The notes under the pieces were generated by a model, which did no database searches, was not told where the DNA came from, and saw nothing but the letters and a program-made list of their open reading frames with translations. Positions 6,888 to 7,731 of a stretch of DNA of 7,731 nt are shown here, piece by piece; within the stretch, counting starts at the first letter, position 1, and each line of letters starts with the position of its first letter. The DNA comes from Candidatus Heimdallarchaeota archaeon B3_Heim (GTDB lineage: Archaea > Asgardarchaeota > Heimdallarchaeia > Hodarchaeales > Hodarchaeaceae), in assembly GCA_003144275.1 (NCBI GenBank), contig NJBF01000083.1, forward strand, positions 1 to 7,731. The letters run 5' to 3'. The translations under genes and the position numbers were made by a program.

Positions 6888-7439
6888 CTAAGATTTATTT
6901 AGTGAGCTATTCAGCGTAACTCGGCTTACTCCAAAATGTTTTGCTACCTCTGTTTTAGTAATTTGAGGATCTCGTAACATAGCTTGGGCTTTTTTAATAT
7001 CTTTTTCAGACATGGATGGTTTGCGACCACCTTTACGTCCTCTTGCTCTAGCTGCATCCAAACCAGCTATGGTGCGTTCACGAATTAAACTATGCTCAAA
7101 TTCAGCTAATGCTCCAAAAATATGGAAAACTAGCCTGCCAGTAGCAGAGGTGGTATCAATTGCTTCTGTAAGCGATTTAAAGCCTATCTCACGCTGATTT
7201 AAGTCAGTAATAATCTCGACTAAATCTTTTAATGAACGGGCAAGGCGATCAAGTTTCCAAACAACCAGAACATCACCTTTTCTTAGAGCTTTCAAGCAAC
7301 TTATCAATTCAGGACGATCCTTAGTTTTTCCTGTTATCTTTTCCTGAAAAATTTGTTCACAGTCTGCCTTCTGGAGTGCATCTAATTGTGAATCTAGATT
7401 TTGGTCATGTGTACTGACCCGAGCATATCCAATAATCAT
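6888..7439 (-). CDS. Serine recombinase (resolvase/invertase family)
   Basis: N-terminal IIGYARVS..DQ with catalytic Ser, VWKLDRLARS, FHIFGALAEFE...IRERT.AGL.AARARGR.GGR, and a C-terminal HTH (KTEVAKHFGVSRVTL). Confidence 0.95.
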   Translation of the reverse strand: MIIGYARVSTHDQNLDSQLDALQKADCEQIFQEKITGKTKDRPELISCLKALRKGDVLVVWKLDRLARSLKDLVEIITDLNQREIGFKSLTEAIDTTSATGRLVFHIFGALAEFEHSLIRERTIAGLDAARARGRKGGRKPSMSEKDIKKAQAMLRDPQITKTEVAKHFGVSRVTLNSSLNKS

Positions 7440-7442
7440 AAT

Positions 7443-7545
7443 AAAACGTACCTAAACTTTACATAGATTTATTATCGCAATTTCTTTACGTTATTTTGAA
7501 TAAGAAATGTAATTCTAGGATCATGTTTTAAATGTAAAGAAAACG
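7443..7545. promoter_or_regulatory. Putative res-like resolvase binding region
   Basis: A recurring A(C/T)GTAA(AG)-like half-site occurs in both orientations immediately upstream of the resolvase (about 7446, 7457-7464, 7481-7491, 7507-7512, 7531-7541). It includes a 9-bp IR, TTTCTTTAC (7481-7489) / GTAAAGAAA (7533-7541). Confidence 0.45.
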
Positions 7546-7604
7546 ACCATTTAATTAACACTAATTTTATGGAGGTGTCTTTGTGACATATTAGTCGTAT
7601 TGTG

Positions 7605-7731
7605 GGTGGTGTTTCAAAAAGTATGCTGGCATTAAACGAATCCATTATTGATATAAAAGAACACTAAATCAAAGGCTTTGAAATGATTTTCAAGCTTTTT
7701 GGAGAAGTTGCAGCTTCTCCTAAAGCCTCGC
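7605..7731 (-). mobile_element. Right end of a second IS1-family copy, inverted and facing inward
   Basis: Exact reverse complement of 1-127. Identity stops at 128/7604. Confidence 0.8.
7632..7730 (-). CDS. IS1-family transposase C-terminal fragment, partial at the window edge
   Basis: Mirror image of 2..100. Confidence 0.75.
   Translation of the reverse strand, partial: RGFRRSCNFSKKLENHFKAFDLVFFYINNGFV

Noticed and set aside
5075-6890. Group II intron or retron
   Set aside because: There is no domain V/VI after the RT and no recognisable intron 5' end. The RT lacks the retron NAxxH and VTG motifs.
7012-7197. Plus-strand 61-aa ORF
   Set aside because: It is an antisense shadow of the resolvase, typical of this family.

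Overview
An AT-rich accessory segment, probably from Acinetobacter or another Moraxellaceae (inferred from composition and an ISAba3/ISPa14-like IS end). It is bracketed by two inverted, inward-facing IS1-family right ends. These form a perfect 127-bp terminal inverted repeat that probably marks k=127 contig ends. The cargo has three parts. (1) A Type ISP (LlaGI/LlaBIII-like) nuclease-helicase-methyltransferase-TRD gene whose 5' end was cut off by the left IS, followed by an intrinsic terminator. (2) A stand-alone group II-like reverse transcriptase (YADD) with its own predicted promoter and a structured ~550-nt leader. The leader is a 128-bp repeat, a 256-bp spacer and a second 128-bp repeat, closed by a 9-bp inverted repeat. 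The 384-bp period is stop-free in one frame, and that frame is the RT frame. (3) A convergent serine resolvase with a res-like upstream region. The RT plus repeat-spacer-repeat leader is the best candidate for an undescribed RT-ncRNA system, possibly a defence system. Its function cannot be established from this sequence alone.
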